Assembly: GCF_006345805.1 (NCBI RefSeq)
Contig: NC_043002.1
Coordinates: 96,534,001 to 96,598,000 of the forward strand
Direction of reading: 5' to 3'
DNA: 64,000 nucleotides
Source of the DNA: Octopus sinensis
Taxonomy: Eukaryota
Positions within the stretch are counted from its first letter, which is position 1, and the number at the start of each line of letters is the position of its first letter. The notes under the pieces are model-generated. The model was not told the origin of the DNA. It saw only the letters and a list, made by a program, of their open reading frames with translations, and made no database searches. Shown in pieces: positions 14,632-27,777 of the stretch. A program made the translations under genes and the position numbers.

Positions 14632-14870
14632 TACTCTCTTTCTTTTACTCTCTTTTACTTGTTTCAGTCATTTGACTGCGGCCATGCTGGAGCACCGCCT
14701 TTAGTCGAGCAAATCGACCCCGGGACTTCTTCTTTGTAAGCCCAGTACTTATTCTCTCGGTCTCTTTTTGCCGAACCGCTAATTGACGGGGACGTAAACA
14801 CACCATCGGTTGTCAAGCAATGCTAGGGGGACAAACACAGACACACAAACACACACATACACACACACAC

Positions 14871-14953
<83 letters not shown>

Positions 14954-15124
14954 ATATACATATATACGACAGGCTTCTTTCAGTTTCCGCCTACCAAATC
15001 CACTCACAAGGCATTGGTCGGCCCGGGGCTATAGCAGAAGACACTTGCCCAAGATGCCACGCAGTGGGACTGAACCCGGAACCATGTGGTTGGTTAGCAA
15101 GCTACTTACCACACAGCCACTCCT
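14632..15124 (-). mobile_element. SINE S1
   Basis: Homologous to 6144-6545. Confidence 0.85.
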
Positions 15125-16159
15125 ATTTTTGCCCACATAATCTTATGCTTTCTGACATCACAAATTTGTTATTTCACTCATTCCTTGCGTTTTAGTAACA
15201 AAATATTCAAATACACGGGGACTTCTTTATGCAATTAAATTATTGAATACACCCTGCCAACCTTCCATCCACAAACTAGCATTCATAATTCTTTCTACTA
15301 TAGGCGCAAGGCCTGAAATTTTAAAGGAAAGGGGTCTAGTTGATTATATCGACGCCCAGTGCTCAACAGGTACCTATTTTGCCGACTTCGAGAAGATGAA
15401 AGGCGGAATTTGAACTCAGGTGCAAAGAGCCGGAAGGAATGCCGCTAAGCATTTTCGCCGACGCGCTAACCAGTCTGCCAGCTTGCCGCCAATGTCACTC
15501 ATAATAAATGCCATTGTGTATTTATATATTTCGTGTCACGAGAAATAAAACAGCTTCAATAATATTATAATTATCTCCTCCTCCTCTCGCTCCTCTCTCT
15601 CTCTCCCTCTCTCTCTACTCCCCCCCTCTCTCTCTCTCGCTGAAACTTCGCCGTCATTTGTAAGCATGTATGACGTGATAGATTCTACCATGCTTTCGAT
15701 AATCATTTTAGGCGCCTCTGGAATCCTGAACAGACGCAGACACTCTTGGTTCTCCCATCTTTGACCCAGCGAAACATCCAGGATGTGACAGTTAGAGAGG
15801 GAGAGGTGGGGATACACCAGCAACTAGATAGTACTCAACTTCAGCTGAGTCGGTAGGGCGAACATGGAACGATGTGCCTTGCCCAAGGATACAACGTGTT
15901 GCTTGGGGCAGTTGGGTGCGTGAGTAACGGCCCCAAGCAGCAATCCGTAGATGGGTTTCACAAAGTCAGACAACCCCCCCCCCAGCTAACCAAGATATTC
16001 CAGCGACAAGTTATCAAAAGGAACGATCAAAATATGTAAGACATCCAAGAAGTTTAGCATGTAATAAGTGCATATACACACGCATACAGATGTACATATG
16101 CTGTAATATATATACCTACATGATATATGCTGTAATATATATACCTACATGATGTATGC

Positions 16160-16990
16160 AATTAGAGAAAGAAAAGCTTACTTCAATAGCAGCAGAAAGT
16201 GCAGTTTATGCCTGACTGAGAAAAAAGCGATATTAAAGAACTCTCAGCATCCAGGCATCTACCTGAACAGCAGAAATGAAAATTTTAATTCCCGCCCACA
16301 CGAAAGGAAGTACATCTTATCATACCTACATGCCCCATCGTGACTTTAACTGCCCAGTTTCAGCCCTCTCACCTCCAATACCCGAGAATCCGGTAAGGAG
16401 TTTCACCAGAACGCACTCACAGACACACACGGCGGACATCCACCCAATAGGCCCTTTCCACATCCTCAATCTAAGCCGCTACACACACTCCATGCATATA
16501 TAAATGCGCCAAAGAATTAATCAAAGCTTTAACCCAAACAAACAAAAATACATACAAACGAACACACAGATTGCTTATGCAGCCTTTGAGCACCTGCCCC
16601 ACCTACACCATCTCACCCCCGAAAACGCTCTACATATTCCAATTCTACTAGAATATCAACCATATAACATGCACACATTTTCCGTACACTCTTTTCTCGA
16701 AAAAGGTTGTCGCTTTGCAACATCCCTAGAGACTGTGCTTTGGTGCCAAGGGACATAACTCTTAAGTTAACCCTTGCTCGGTTAGATTTCATCGTCTTTT
16801 TTCACGGCAAGCATAAACCGATTATGTCTGTTCACCTCCAGCAACAGAGTGCAGTCGCCATGCTTCATTCCATAACTACCATCGCTAAAGAGCGTGGAGT
16901 TGCGTTATCGGGCTGTTACCCAGCACTCTGTAGAAACTCTGGCACGAAACCGATTGGTAAGATCGACTGCAATGGATATATACACTTCGA
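16160..16990 (+). mobile_element. Penelope-like element 3' fragment (endonuclease C-terminus, 3' UTR and decayed HHR)
   Basis: ORF 16149-16343 SRKCSLCLTEKKAI..YLNSRNE..PHERKY resembles PLE C-termini (CxLCLxEK...LNKRxE...H). HHR remnant at 16881-16963 (CTAAAGA...GAAACCGATTGGTA). Confidence 0.6.
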
Positions 16991-17326
16991 TTAATATATG
17001 TGTATATATATAAATATATGGTTTCTCATGCACAGCATGAAATCCATTGATATTGGGGTATGTAAACTATCTTCAAATTCCATCCTGAAGGTAGGCCTAT
17101 TTTTTAAGGTGTTCATTGCATTGCTCGTGTATATATTTATCGTAGGATTGGTGGTTTTTGAAGCTTTCGGTTTCATCTTTAGCAAGCGGTATTTTCACCC
17201 TTCTTCTATTCAAATATTTAATATTATACTTATTAAGGTAGAAATCTTGTTAACCGCTTCAGTATTACTGTTTTTAACAGCAATAATGCTTTCATATAGT
17301 TACTATATATATATATATATATATTA

Positions 17327-17376
<50 letters not shown>

Positions 17377-17474
17377 CACACACACATATATATATATATA
17401 TGTGTGTGTGACCTCGTGAGTACCGCTGGCGATTTTTTTCCTCTGTCTTCCCTTCTCGGGATCTTTCCTTCTAT

Positions 17475-17509
17475 GTTTCCGACGAAGAGTTCCGCTCGAA
17501 ACGTTAAAC
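17475..17509 (+). ncRNA. Minimal hammerhead-like motif (C4 variant) in a Penelope-like repeat fragment (about 17403-17617)
   Basis: GTTT CCGACGA A GAGT-tcc-GCTC GAAA CG TT AAAC; a related degenerate copy lies at 12790-12817. Confidence 0.5.
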
Positions 17510-17613
17510 CCTCCTTCTTCCCTTCTTCCTGAGCGTCCAATAATACTTTATTTGTTCCACGTCCTCGCGTTGTTGTGTTTTTTGTTTTCTTTTGTGTTTT
17601 CTTGTTTGGATTA

Positions 17614-17703
<90 letters not shown>

Positions 17704-18159
17704 ACAGGCTTCTTATAGCTTCTGTCTTCCATTCACAAGGCTTTGGTCTGCCAGGGGCTATAACAGAAGACACTTGCTCAGGTGCTGTGCAATGGGACTG
17801 AACCCAAGACAATATGATTGCAAAGCAAGCTTTTTTAACCACACAGCCGCGCCTGCGTTTTGTTATTACCTGGCAGTAAATCCCGAAAGAATTCATTATT
17901 TATTATTCTCATGAAGAGAGAAAGCACAGTTTTCCTAAGGTTCTTTTGTTTTTCGTTGTTGGCAGTGATTTTTGTTTTATTTTACACATTTCAAGTTCAC
18001 AAGATGAGTTTCTAGATTATCGAGTGCGACCATATAACATAATCCCTCGTAATATTTTGGGTGAAGCTTTAGTTGATACCTGTTTAGATGATACAAATGT
18101 AGCACAAGGTTTAAACGTGATGCAAAGCATCATAGAATTTATGTTTATTAGACTTACAC

Positions 18160-19226
18160 TCGACAGCGATCATCGTTTTAAAACCGTTGTCGAGATCCAG
18201 AGCAAATCGCAGAAGTTCCTCGACTCGCTTACGGAAAACGACTTTCAGGCCGGATTCCAAAAGTGACAGGAATGCTGGAACCAATGTATTGCTGCGCAAA
18301 ATGACTATTTCGAAGGAGATAATGTTAAAACTTAGGCAAATAAGTTTTTTTGTATTATTAAACATATGTAGAACGACCGTGCGAAAGGAGAGGTGACGAA
18401 TGAATGACTCCTTTAACACACTGCACGGTCGCTTACAATAAAAGCCAAAAATGGAATAAATGAATAAGAGTGCCAGCAAGAAAGAGAAAGACGACACAAC
18501 CGTAGAATGTTAAGAGAAAGGTTTTTATTTAGATGTTATCAGAGTGTGTGTCTGATGTGCGTCATAAGTACATATATAATAAGAACTATAACAGACAGGC
18601 TGCCAAGCATACATAGTGTGTAATAGTGTACAAACAAGGGTGTGAGATAAATACCAGTTCGTAGTAAGGTACACAATAGTAGAAGTTCTGTAACAAGAAG
18701 TTGAGGCGTAAAAAAAGCAGAGCCGGTCGAAAGTACATGTCGTGTAAGTAGTTGTGGCTACAATGCCATTGCCGGGTTACTTGGTACAGAAGGTTCTCGC
18801 ATGTTGAGCTTACTGTTAACCATGGTGAAGTATTCACAAACAGTGAGGAGTTAAACCTAAGCGGAGTTGCTGTGTACGTAAAGATGTTGTTGGCATCGAT
18901 AAGGTGAAAGCGACGGAGATGGAGGTCCTGAATACTGCTAGTGTTGGTGTCGCTGGAACTGGCTGGGTGCTCTGTGGTCAGTGGTCTAGAACCAAAGACG
19001 TTCGACTCGATGAATCGCTGTGTTTTATAGCAAATTATAGGCTCAAACGGAGCTTTAGAAAAACTGTCACGGAACCTTATCAGAAGGCTGCGATTGATTG
19101 GGTTGCACATTGGCGCATAATAGAACAAGAGACAAACTGCGTCAAATCCAACCAATCAGAGTAGTGGACACAACAGGGGCCAAGCTACCGAAGGTTTGCT
19201 GCTATCTGCTACGTCCGTATTTATGT

Positions 19227-19266
<40 letters not shown>

Positions 19267-19322
19267 TCACTAAGCGTACGCTACACATAGCTAGTCCGGG
19301 AACGTTTTGATATCACCTCGTA
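18160..19322 (+). mobile_element. Mariner 3' remnant split by a solo LTR
   Basis: HRFKTVVEIQ...FQK*QECWNQCIAAQNDYFEGD is a mariner-type C-terminus. A TIR-like end AGTCCGGGAACGTTTTGATATCACCTCGTA resumes after 19290. Confidence 0.7.
18367..19285 (-). mobile_element. Solo LTR (Gypsy-like)
   Basis: TGTAG...CTACA termini, 4-bp TSD CATA; CCAAT, TATAAAA and AATAAA in order on the minus strand. Confidence 0.8.
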
Positions 19323-19698
19323 CATACTCTTAATTTTAAAGTTCAAAAATCTGGGCAAAAGTCTTTTGTTTACACACAAATATGATGTGTAAACCTAATC
19401 AAAAATAACTAAAAACTACAGGCTAATTTTTTTAGCACCTGCGAACTTTATACAGCATTTTCTTTCAAATTCGTTGAAACACGTTTTTACAGTAGGTTTG
19501 GTTTCCTCATCTAACAAATTCATTAGAAGTTTAAACATGTATCGGTAAAATGAATGGAATATTCAGAAAATTCATTTACATTTTTAAACAGGCGAGCTTC
19601 GTAATAGGCATCGCTCAGCAGTTCTTTTGTTAATTTCCGTTGCTCGCTTCCTTCTAGTGTAATAGCGGCTGTATATACTTTCCCCTCTCTACATATAT

Positions 19699-20009
19699 CA
19701 CCGTGATCGCCGTGACCGACCAGGCTATCAGATGTTGCTACACATCGCTGGTCACAATGCGCTTCGCATTGTTTTAGCCTTCAAATGACGCCACCCCGCT
19801 GGCTTAGCGAGCAGGCCAACAGAAGAAAGAGTGGGAGAAAGTTGTGGCGAAAGAGTACAGCAGGGTTCGCCACCACCCCCTGCCGGAGCCTCGAGGAGCT
19901 TTAGGTGTTTTCGCTCAATAAACACTCACAACGCCCGGTCTGGGAATCGAAACCGCGATCCTACAACCGCGAGTCCGCTGCCGTAACAACTGGGCCATTG
20001 CGCCTCCAC
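19699..20009 (-). mobile_element. SINE S4 (head A, RTE-like tail Y)
   Basis: 12-bp TSD CTCTACATATAT; the tail also occurs at 35001-35121. Confidence 0.85.
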
Positions 20010-20234
20010 CTCTACATATATGTGAATATTAATTCCAATTTATGATAATTTTCATTTAATATCATGTTTAAAAAGCCAGAAGATAGTGAAAAACCGAAAA
20101 GCAAACATTATGGGCCCAGTTCATCGAAGAAAGATTATTAACATTGTTTTCTTATGTTATATCTGTGGTTTCTGTTATTGATGTAAATTTGTTTAAAATG
20201 GTTTGTCCTTTGTTTTTGAATCTAAATTGTCATC

Positions 20235-20321
20235 TGTGTCTGAAGTGAGCGGTTTCTTTCAAATTGATGTAATGTTTTCATTGATCAATTAAATGGAGCT
20301 GCTTGAAACGGCCGTAATGTA
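20235..20321 (+). ncRNA. Decayed hammerhead motif (A9>U)
   Basis: TGTGT CTGAAGT GAGCGGTTTC...GGAGCTGCTT GAAAC GGCC GTA ATGTA; 10-bp stem II and palindromic stem III. Confidence 0.5.
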
Positions 20322-20339
20322 TTAACACCTGTACATCCT

Positions 20340-20386
<47 letters not shown>

Positions 20387-20407
20387 ATATTATATATATA
20401 TATATAT

Positions 20408-20630
20408 ATATTATATTAAATTAGAGATAAAACCAGTTAGGCAAATCATACAATGAAAAACTTAAGCCAATACATAAGATTAATTAATTTATATTATTTA
20501 AGTATATATATTTTTTAATAATTTTGATATATATTTAAATAATATAAATTAATTAATCTTATGTATTGGCTTAAGTTTTTCATTGTATGATTTGCCTAAT
20601 AGTGGTTTTATCTCTAATTTAATATAATAT
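20408..20630. repeat. Long inverted repeat with ~100-bp arms
   Basis: 20408-20510 is the near-perfect reverse complement of 20527-20630; flanked by (TA)n. Confidence 0.9.
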
Positions 20631-20711
20631 AATATTTTACTATAAAATTGGATTTAATCCTAAATTTGATTTTTCCCTGTAAGTTTGGATTTATTCCCTA
20701 ATATTTTATTA

Positions 20712-20832
<121 letters not shown>

Positions 20833-22440
20833 TGTATATACACACACAAATATATATATATATATATAGTAGTACAATAAATAGAAATCAAAATCTGAGT
20901 ATATGCATGCAAGCACCCTCAGACACATACACACACACACTCACAATCATTTTGTATAAAGCACGTATTACTGCAATAACGCCAACCTTAAGATAGCGTG
21001 ATAGTCTTAAATAGATTAAATAAACCAACTTACCTTGTTTTATTTAGTTGGAGGAATTCTAGCAATTAGCTGTTATTGTTTGCCGAAAAGACACCAGTGG
21101 CAGAGTCTTGTTCAAACTAGTGTTTGAATGTGGTCTCACTCTTTGTAGAATTAAGTATCATCTTTCAGATTATTTAAGATCATTCATGATTATTTGAATG
21201 CAGCTTGAGCAATAAAACGATGAGTCGAGTATCTAAATATAATTGCTGACGAAAAAACAAGTTCTGTGTGATAAAATTCAATACCTTGCATTTGTAATGC
21301 TTTCTTAAAAATTTCGATGACTGCTGTCTGCATTTGTGAATTTGCTTTGGTCGTCGTTCTTAACAGTTAGTTAACCTCAATTTGTTTGTTGAATTGTTTT
21401 TTGAGTCATGTTTCTTCTTTTTCTATGCATCAGTTCCCAAACCGTATGCAGGGCATCGACCCAATGGGATAGGTATAGAAGAAATTGTCGCGATTTTTAA
21501 AATATAGAAAATATAATAGTTTACTCATGTTATAAGACTCTACGGTAATAAAAAAAACTCTAAGGAGAAGTGAACAGCAGAAGGTCTTCAGAGAAGAAGC
21601 CCCCGTTCATATAACTGTTTCGAGCCGTAGCTTCTTACACTCTAAAGTTATGACTTTTGGATACCTCTCCGCTGCTATATTTTGTTACTGTTTGTGCTTT
21701 AGCTCGCATCTTTGGTGGTCAGATACTCCAGAGCAAAGATACTTTGGATATTGTAACCACTTCAGCCTGAGATTCATATAAGTAGGGAAAGTTATGAAAT
21801 CTACCACTGCTGAAAATAGTCAGCATCCACCAAGGTAAACATTAAAAAAAATGGACGGAGATAAGCTGGCAAACGCGAAGTTGGTTGATGATCTGAAAAG
21901 ATAGATAGAGGCAGTTGTGTCCCTATGGCCATCTTAAAGATACGGATTTTGATTATTTATTGATGTGTGTATCACGACTTTTGTTCCATTTTCTTCTTTG
22001 CTATCAACCGTACTTAAGGGGACGGCCAGAACCGGCAAACAAATATGGCTTGGTAATATTTGTCACGCTTTCGCTAATTGTTTTAGATGCTTGGATAATC
22101 GCGAACGAACACATGCACAGATACCTTCTTGATTTTTCCCACATTTTGACTTAGCGGTACGTCCAAGATGTGGCAAGTAGAGGCTGTACGTGCCGTGCCC
22201 TTTGCCTGCTATTCAATTTCAACCGAGAAGACTCGATCAACATGAAATGAAGCACCTTGCTCAAGAACCCAATGTGCCGCCCGGTCTGTATTTATTCTGG
22301 GTAATATATTAGAATGTGTGTGTGTGTGTGTGTGTTAATGTAAATGAAGGGTACAGGACAGAGTAAGGGACAAAGTTCTGTAAGGAACCCCATTCAGTGG
22401 CAATCTTTCGTTTTATGAAGATGTAATGGCGAAGAATAAC

Positions 22441-22757
22441 AGTGAATGAATGAATGAATAAATAAATAAATAAATGAATGAAAGTGAATAATAAATAAAT
22501 AAATAAATAAATGAATGAAAGTGAATAATAAATAAATAAATAAATAAATGAATGAAAGTGAATAATAAATAAATAAATAAATAAATGAATGAAAAATAAT
22601 AAATAAATAAATAAATAAATGAATGAAAGTGAATAATAAATAAATAAATAAATAAATGAATGAAAGTGAATAATAAATAAATAAATAAATAAATGAATGA
22701 AAGTGAATAATAAATAAATAAATAAATAAATGAATGAAAGTGAATAATAAATAAATA
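22441..22757. repeat. 37-bp minisatellite built from AAAT/GAAT, about 8.5 copies
   Basis: AAAGTG recurs at 22481, 22518, 22555 and onward. Confidence 0.9.
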
Positions 22758-23000
22758 AGTAATTGCATAACCGTTAATAATCGGCAATGATTAAAAATGG
22801 TCAATAAAACGAAACCGAATTTTTTTCTGTGAAACTGAGAGTTAATATTTTTATATTAAAAAAGAAAAAAAAAATGGTTGAACATTGCTACTAACCTAAA
22901 AGCGCCTTTAAGAATCATATAAGTCGTTATCGATGATCACTATCTCAGAGAAAATAATCATCTACTATGAGATATTTACTACATATCTAAAGATTGAGTG

Positions 23001-23052
<52 letters not shown>

Positions 23053-23061
23053 TATATATAT

Positions 23062-23116
<55 letters not shown>

Positions 23117-23598
23117 TATATATATGTAATGGCGGCGAATTGGCTTTTGTCAACTGCTAAACATGCTCTCAAGTACCCATTATCCAATTATTATAAGCCT
23201 TCAAATGGATTAATGCTTTTATGAACGCTGAGAAATTATGGCAGATCATTGGATCTCGCCACCATCTTTATTATATGTCTTTACTCTGTTTCTAGAAAAC
23301 TTCCTTCTATAAATGTTCTTTCTTTCCGTTCGTCTTGTAACTTAGAATATTTTAAATATAATTTCCTATTTGCGTCCGCAAATAATTTAAGTTTAACAAT
23401 TTCATCACACATTTTTATTCATATACATGCATTTCTATATCCATTCATCTTTCATCCATTCCACATTTTCCTCAGTCTCCTTTTTTTCAATGAATTTCGA
23501 ATTGCGGTTGCTTTATATTCCCAAATAAGCCGAATGAGCCTTTTCCCTATCAAATCGAACTTTGTTAAGTTACTGAAATACTTTTTATTACAAACTCT

Positions 23599-24020
23599 GG
23601 CGATCTTTCGTCTCTAGTAGACCTTTCCGTCGATTTCCGTAAAATTTTTTTTTTTTTACATATGGGCTTGCGGGAACTTTTGAAGTAATATACATGCATA
23701 TACATATACACCGAGTAAAAAATTTCAGTTATCTCTTTCTTTCACACATTTACTCTGTCTCTTCACACACACTAACAGAAGCACTTCACTTACACAACAT
23801 ACTGTCTGTCTCCCACACCCCATCAAACACACACACACACACATGTCCATCAATGCTCCCATGCACGGTAACTTCAAAAGAACTTCCCTCGTCATACAAT
23901 CGCTTTCTCTTAGTCTCTTTCGCTCTCATTACTTCAAAAGTTCCCGCAAGCCCATATGTAAAAAAAAAAAAAATTTTTACGGAAATCGACGGAAAGGTCT
24001 ACTAGAGACGAAAGATTGCC
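23599..24020. mobile_element. MITE with ~90-bp TIRs
   Basis: GGCGATCTTTCGTCTCTAGTAGACC.../...GGTCTACTAGAGACGAAAGATTGCC; 8-bp TSD CAAACTCT. Confidence 0.9.
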
Positions 24021-24292
24021 CAAACTCTATTTTATACCGTTTCTCTTGTTGTATTGGACTCAATTTCCGAAGATAGGAAACTAGGTACTGGGAATTACGG
24101 TTTGTGAAGTTTTCACCATCAAATGAATATACTAAATAACTCTACTTTTAGTATCACTTTTCTCTTTCTTATTCATGCTCTTTCACAAGGTTCAGGTTTC
24201 CTTTTAGTTTATTAAATCAGTAAATTATAATAGTGAAGGCGAGCATTTTTAACCCTGCGTGTCAAAATTTGCCATCAATGATCTTTAATATC

Positions 24293-24528
24293 TGTCTCTT
24301 TATTGCCCACAAGGGGCTAAACATAGAGGGGACAAACAAGGACAGACAAACAGATTAAGTCGATTACATCGACCCCAGTGCGTAACTGGTACTTAATTTA
24401 TCGACCCCGAAAGGATGAAAGGCAATGTCGACCTCGGCGGAATTTGAACTCAGAACGCAACGACAGACGCAATACCGCTAAGCATTTCGCCCTGTGTGCT
24501 AACGTTTCTGCCAGCTCGCCGCCTTAAC
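24293..24528 (-). mobile_element. tRNA-derived SINE family S2
   Basis: Head GGCGGCGAGCTGGCAGAAACG; 14-bp TSD TGATCTTTAATATC. Other copies at about 1916-2136, 8001-8197, 15290-15490, 24685-24875, 27120-27330 and 46436-46663. Confidence 0.85.
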
Positions 24529-25015
24529 TGATCTTTAATATCATTTATCTTGTCACGGTATGTTACACTAGGACAAAAAAAAAAATGAAAGTATTCTCCC
24601 TGGGAATTTATTTTTTTATTGATTTATCTACTTAAATCGAAGAGTAAGTGAATGTAAAAATAATTAAACAATTGTTAAAATCCCGGCGTGCTGGCAAAAT
24701 TGTTAGCACACCGGGCAAAATGCTTACATTTTTAGTTCAAATTCCTCTGAGGTCGACTTCGCCTTTCATCCTTTCGGAGTTGATAAAATAAATAAGCACC
24801 AGTCGAACACCGAGGTCAATGTAATCGACCTAGCCGCTCCCCGAAATTGCTGACCTTGTTCTAAAATTTGAAACCAATTTTTTACAAACGATAAACACGT
24901 CAAAATATAGTTCACTGGTTATTAAAACCCATCATTAGGAAATGCATAAAGCAAATTAACTCAATTAAATACTATGAATATAATTGCGCCATAAATACCA
25001 ACGTTCCGTCTATTT

Positions 25016-25771
25016 CAGCGGTTCTCAACCATTTTTTTTTTATCAATGGACCCCTTTGATTACTATTTTATTCTGGCAGACCCCCTTAGTCATTTGATGT
25101 TTAAAAACTAGTTCTATAAAATTTCTTTCAAAATTCTTATTTTGTTTCTCACACATTAACTGGTGTAGGTTGAACTATGCAAAACGTTCGAGAAAGAAAT
25201 CTAGCTTTTTCTTGCAATACATCTTGGAAGCACTCCGTCGGTTACGACGACGAGGGTTCCGGTTGATCCGAATCAACGGAACAGCCTGCTCGTGAAATTA
25301 ACGTGTAAGTGGCTGAGCACTCCACAGACACGTGTACCCTTAACATAGTTCTCGGGGATATTCAGCGTGACACAGAGAGTGACAAGGCCGGCCCTTTGAA
25401 ATACAGGTACAGCAGAAACAGGAAGTAAGAGAGAGAGAAAGTTGTGGTGAAAGAGTACAGCAGGGATCACCACCATCCCCTGCCGGAGACTCGCGGAGCT
25501 TTAGGTGTTTTCGCTCAATAAACACTCACAACGCCCGGTCTGGGAATCGAAACCGCGATCCTATGACCGCGCGTCCGCTGCCCTAACCACTGGGCCATTG
25601 CGCCTCCACTTGCAATACATATCAATACAAACATCTAAATCAAATTTTTTTTCAGGAATCCATAAACAACTATTGTGGATCCCCATTTAACTATTCTGTT
25701 GCGTGGATGCTCCCCCACTGAATCTTAAAAAGACCCTCACGGGCCATATGGACTCCCGTTGAGAACTTCTG
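25016..25771. mobile_element. hAT-like MITE containing a SINE
   Basis: Ends CAGCGGTTCTCAAC / GTTGAGAACTTCTG; perfect 8-bp TSD GTCTATTT. Confidence 0.8.
25223..25608 (-). mobile_element. SINE S3 (head A, tail X)
   Basis: tRNA-like head GGAGGCGCAATGGCCCAGTGG..TTCGATTCC; 12-bp TSD CTTGCAATACAT. Confidence 0.88.
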
Positions 25772-26118
25772 GTCTATTTAGCCCAACGCCACGGCGATTC
25801 ACGTTGCTTAAGTCGCACTGAATGCGTTACAGCAGGTACGGGCTTAAGAAGCGGGTTGCATAAGATATGACTCATTGACATCACTCATCGATATGACTCA
25901 TAATCAGACAAGCAGCATTACTACATACATTCTCGGTAGTTTTTCGTTTGGCGTGCCATTCAAAAAGTCCCGTGGGATGCAGTTTGCCTGTGACTGCGTT
26001 ACAGTGTCTAGCCAGTACGCTACTATCTACTATTAACCGCATTCTGATTGCATAAAATATTCAAGGGCATGTAACACATACTTCAGTTTCAGCAGCGCAT
26101 ATGCAATATGCAATAAAG

Positions 26119-26795
26119 CATGGATCCCTAATCACCGGGCCACAGAAAGAATTGGTACCGGACCGCACAGAAATAAAAAATTTTTTTAATTCTATCTTAA
26201 TTTTTTTAACTATCGTAATCTGCAGGGTGTTTTTTTTTTTTTTGCATAATATATGTATTATATCTATATATATAAATCTGAAGTTGTGTGGTGTCTGTCT
26301 CCTACGATTTAGATTCTTAACTACTCCCACATTTTGCGGTGCAGTTTAGCCAAAAGCGGGTATCTTATAGTCGTGATTCATATCGAGCCCTTCTGGGTAT
26401 TAGCGCGCGTCTACGATGAGTCTACGATTTAAAAAAAAATTTACCATCATTTTTCCCATTTTTAATGAATTTTGTTTGCTATTATATAAGGGAAGTAACT
26501 CTCTAAAAATGTCTACGATGAGTCTACGATTTAAAAAAAAAATTACAATCATTTTTTCCATTTTTAATGCATTTTTGCTATTATATAAGGGAAGTAACTC
26601 TCTAAACATGCTTATATAGTTATTTCCCTTACAAACCCGAGCAACGCCGGGCGATACTGCTAGTACGTGATAATTAAATTTGACTTTATGCACTTTCTTG
26701 TGTTTTGTTTTGCGCGTGGCTTTTCCCACCAGTTCCCTGGAAAAATTGTCTTGCATGAAAGTGGTCTGTGGTGCAAAAATGGTTGGGGACCACTA
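26119..26795. mobile_element. Degenerate hAT-like MITE
   Basis: Ends CATGGATCCCTAATC / GGTTGGGGACCACTA; TSD matches at 6 of 8 positions (CAATAAAG/CACTAAGG). Confidence 0.5.
26263..26663 (+). mobile_element. Non-autonomous Helitron inside a hAT-like MITE
   Basis: A|TC...CCCGAGCAACGCCGGGCGATACTGCTAG|T. Confidence 0.85.
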
Positions 26796-27777
26796 CACTA
26801 AGGCATTTAATATAGGACTCGAGGTGATTTTTGTTTTTTTAGTTTTTTAGTGGGATGTTGAGGGAAGGAATGTGCGTCTTATATGCAATCAATACAGTAC
26901 TTTACTATCGTTACTAAATACCTTCGTTTCTTAGCAACTTCATTTCCTAGAAAAATATTCGTCCCTAAATAAATACATTTCTAAAGAAAACAGATTTACT
27001 TCGTTTGAATAAGAAAATACTTTTACTTTCATGCTACTCTGGAAACAAAGTGACAGACATTTAGACTACAGTAAAGGTATTTCTCTTACTTGTTACTCGT
27101 CTTTTTTTTTTAATCATTTGCGAGCTGACCGTATCGTTAGCCCGCCGAGCAAAATTCAGAGGGGCATTTTTTACCCGCTTTACGTTTTTAGTTCAAATTC
27201 CGCCGATGTCGGTTTTGCCTTTCATTCTTTCGGGGTCGACAAAATAGGAACCACTCTTGCACTGGAGTCGATGTAATCGACTAGCCCCTTCGCTTACAAT
27301 TTCAGCTTTGTGCCTAAAGTAGAAAGAATTATCCTTTTACACATTTGAACATTTTAAGGACTACAAATTTTATTCGCTCCAAGACAGAACGTGATGACAT
27401 TTTCCTTCATGTTTCCCTGAGTGAAAAGCGGAAGCTTTGTTTATTCTGTTGCAATGTGTTGTATTAACATTGTAAGGCACTGCCCAAGGACTGGTGACAG
27501 ACGAACTGTAGACATGAACTTCACTGCGGGTTAGCTAGTGAGCTGGTTCTGCAGAAAAGGGGACTTCCGGTTAGGTGAGAGCCGAGACAGACTTTAGACG
27601 ACCGATGGTATTCATCCTCACAGTGTGTAACTGAATGAAGCAAAATAAATAATACGTCGTCACACTCTTGTTCCTGGTTATTTTTGTGTGTAGCTTAACA
27701 AGACTATAAACATTGAAATACGAGCAAGAACAAAATTATCTCCAACAATGTTTATTTATATCACTAAACATTTCTAC

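Noticed and set aside
18586-19164. 189-aa and 86-aa ORFs
   Set aside because: They lie within a solo LTR and have no recognisable domain
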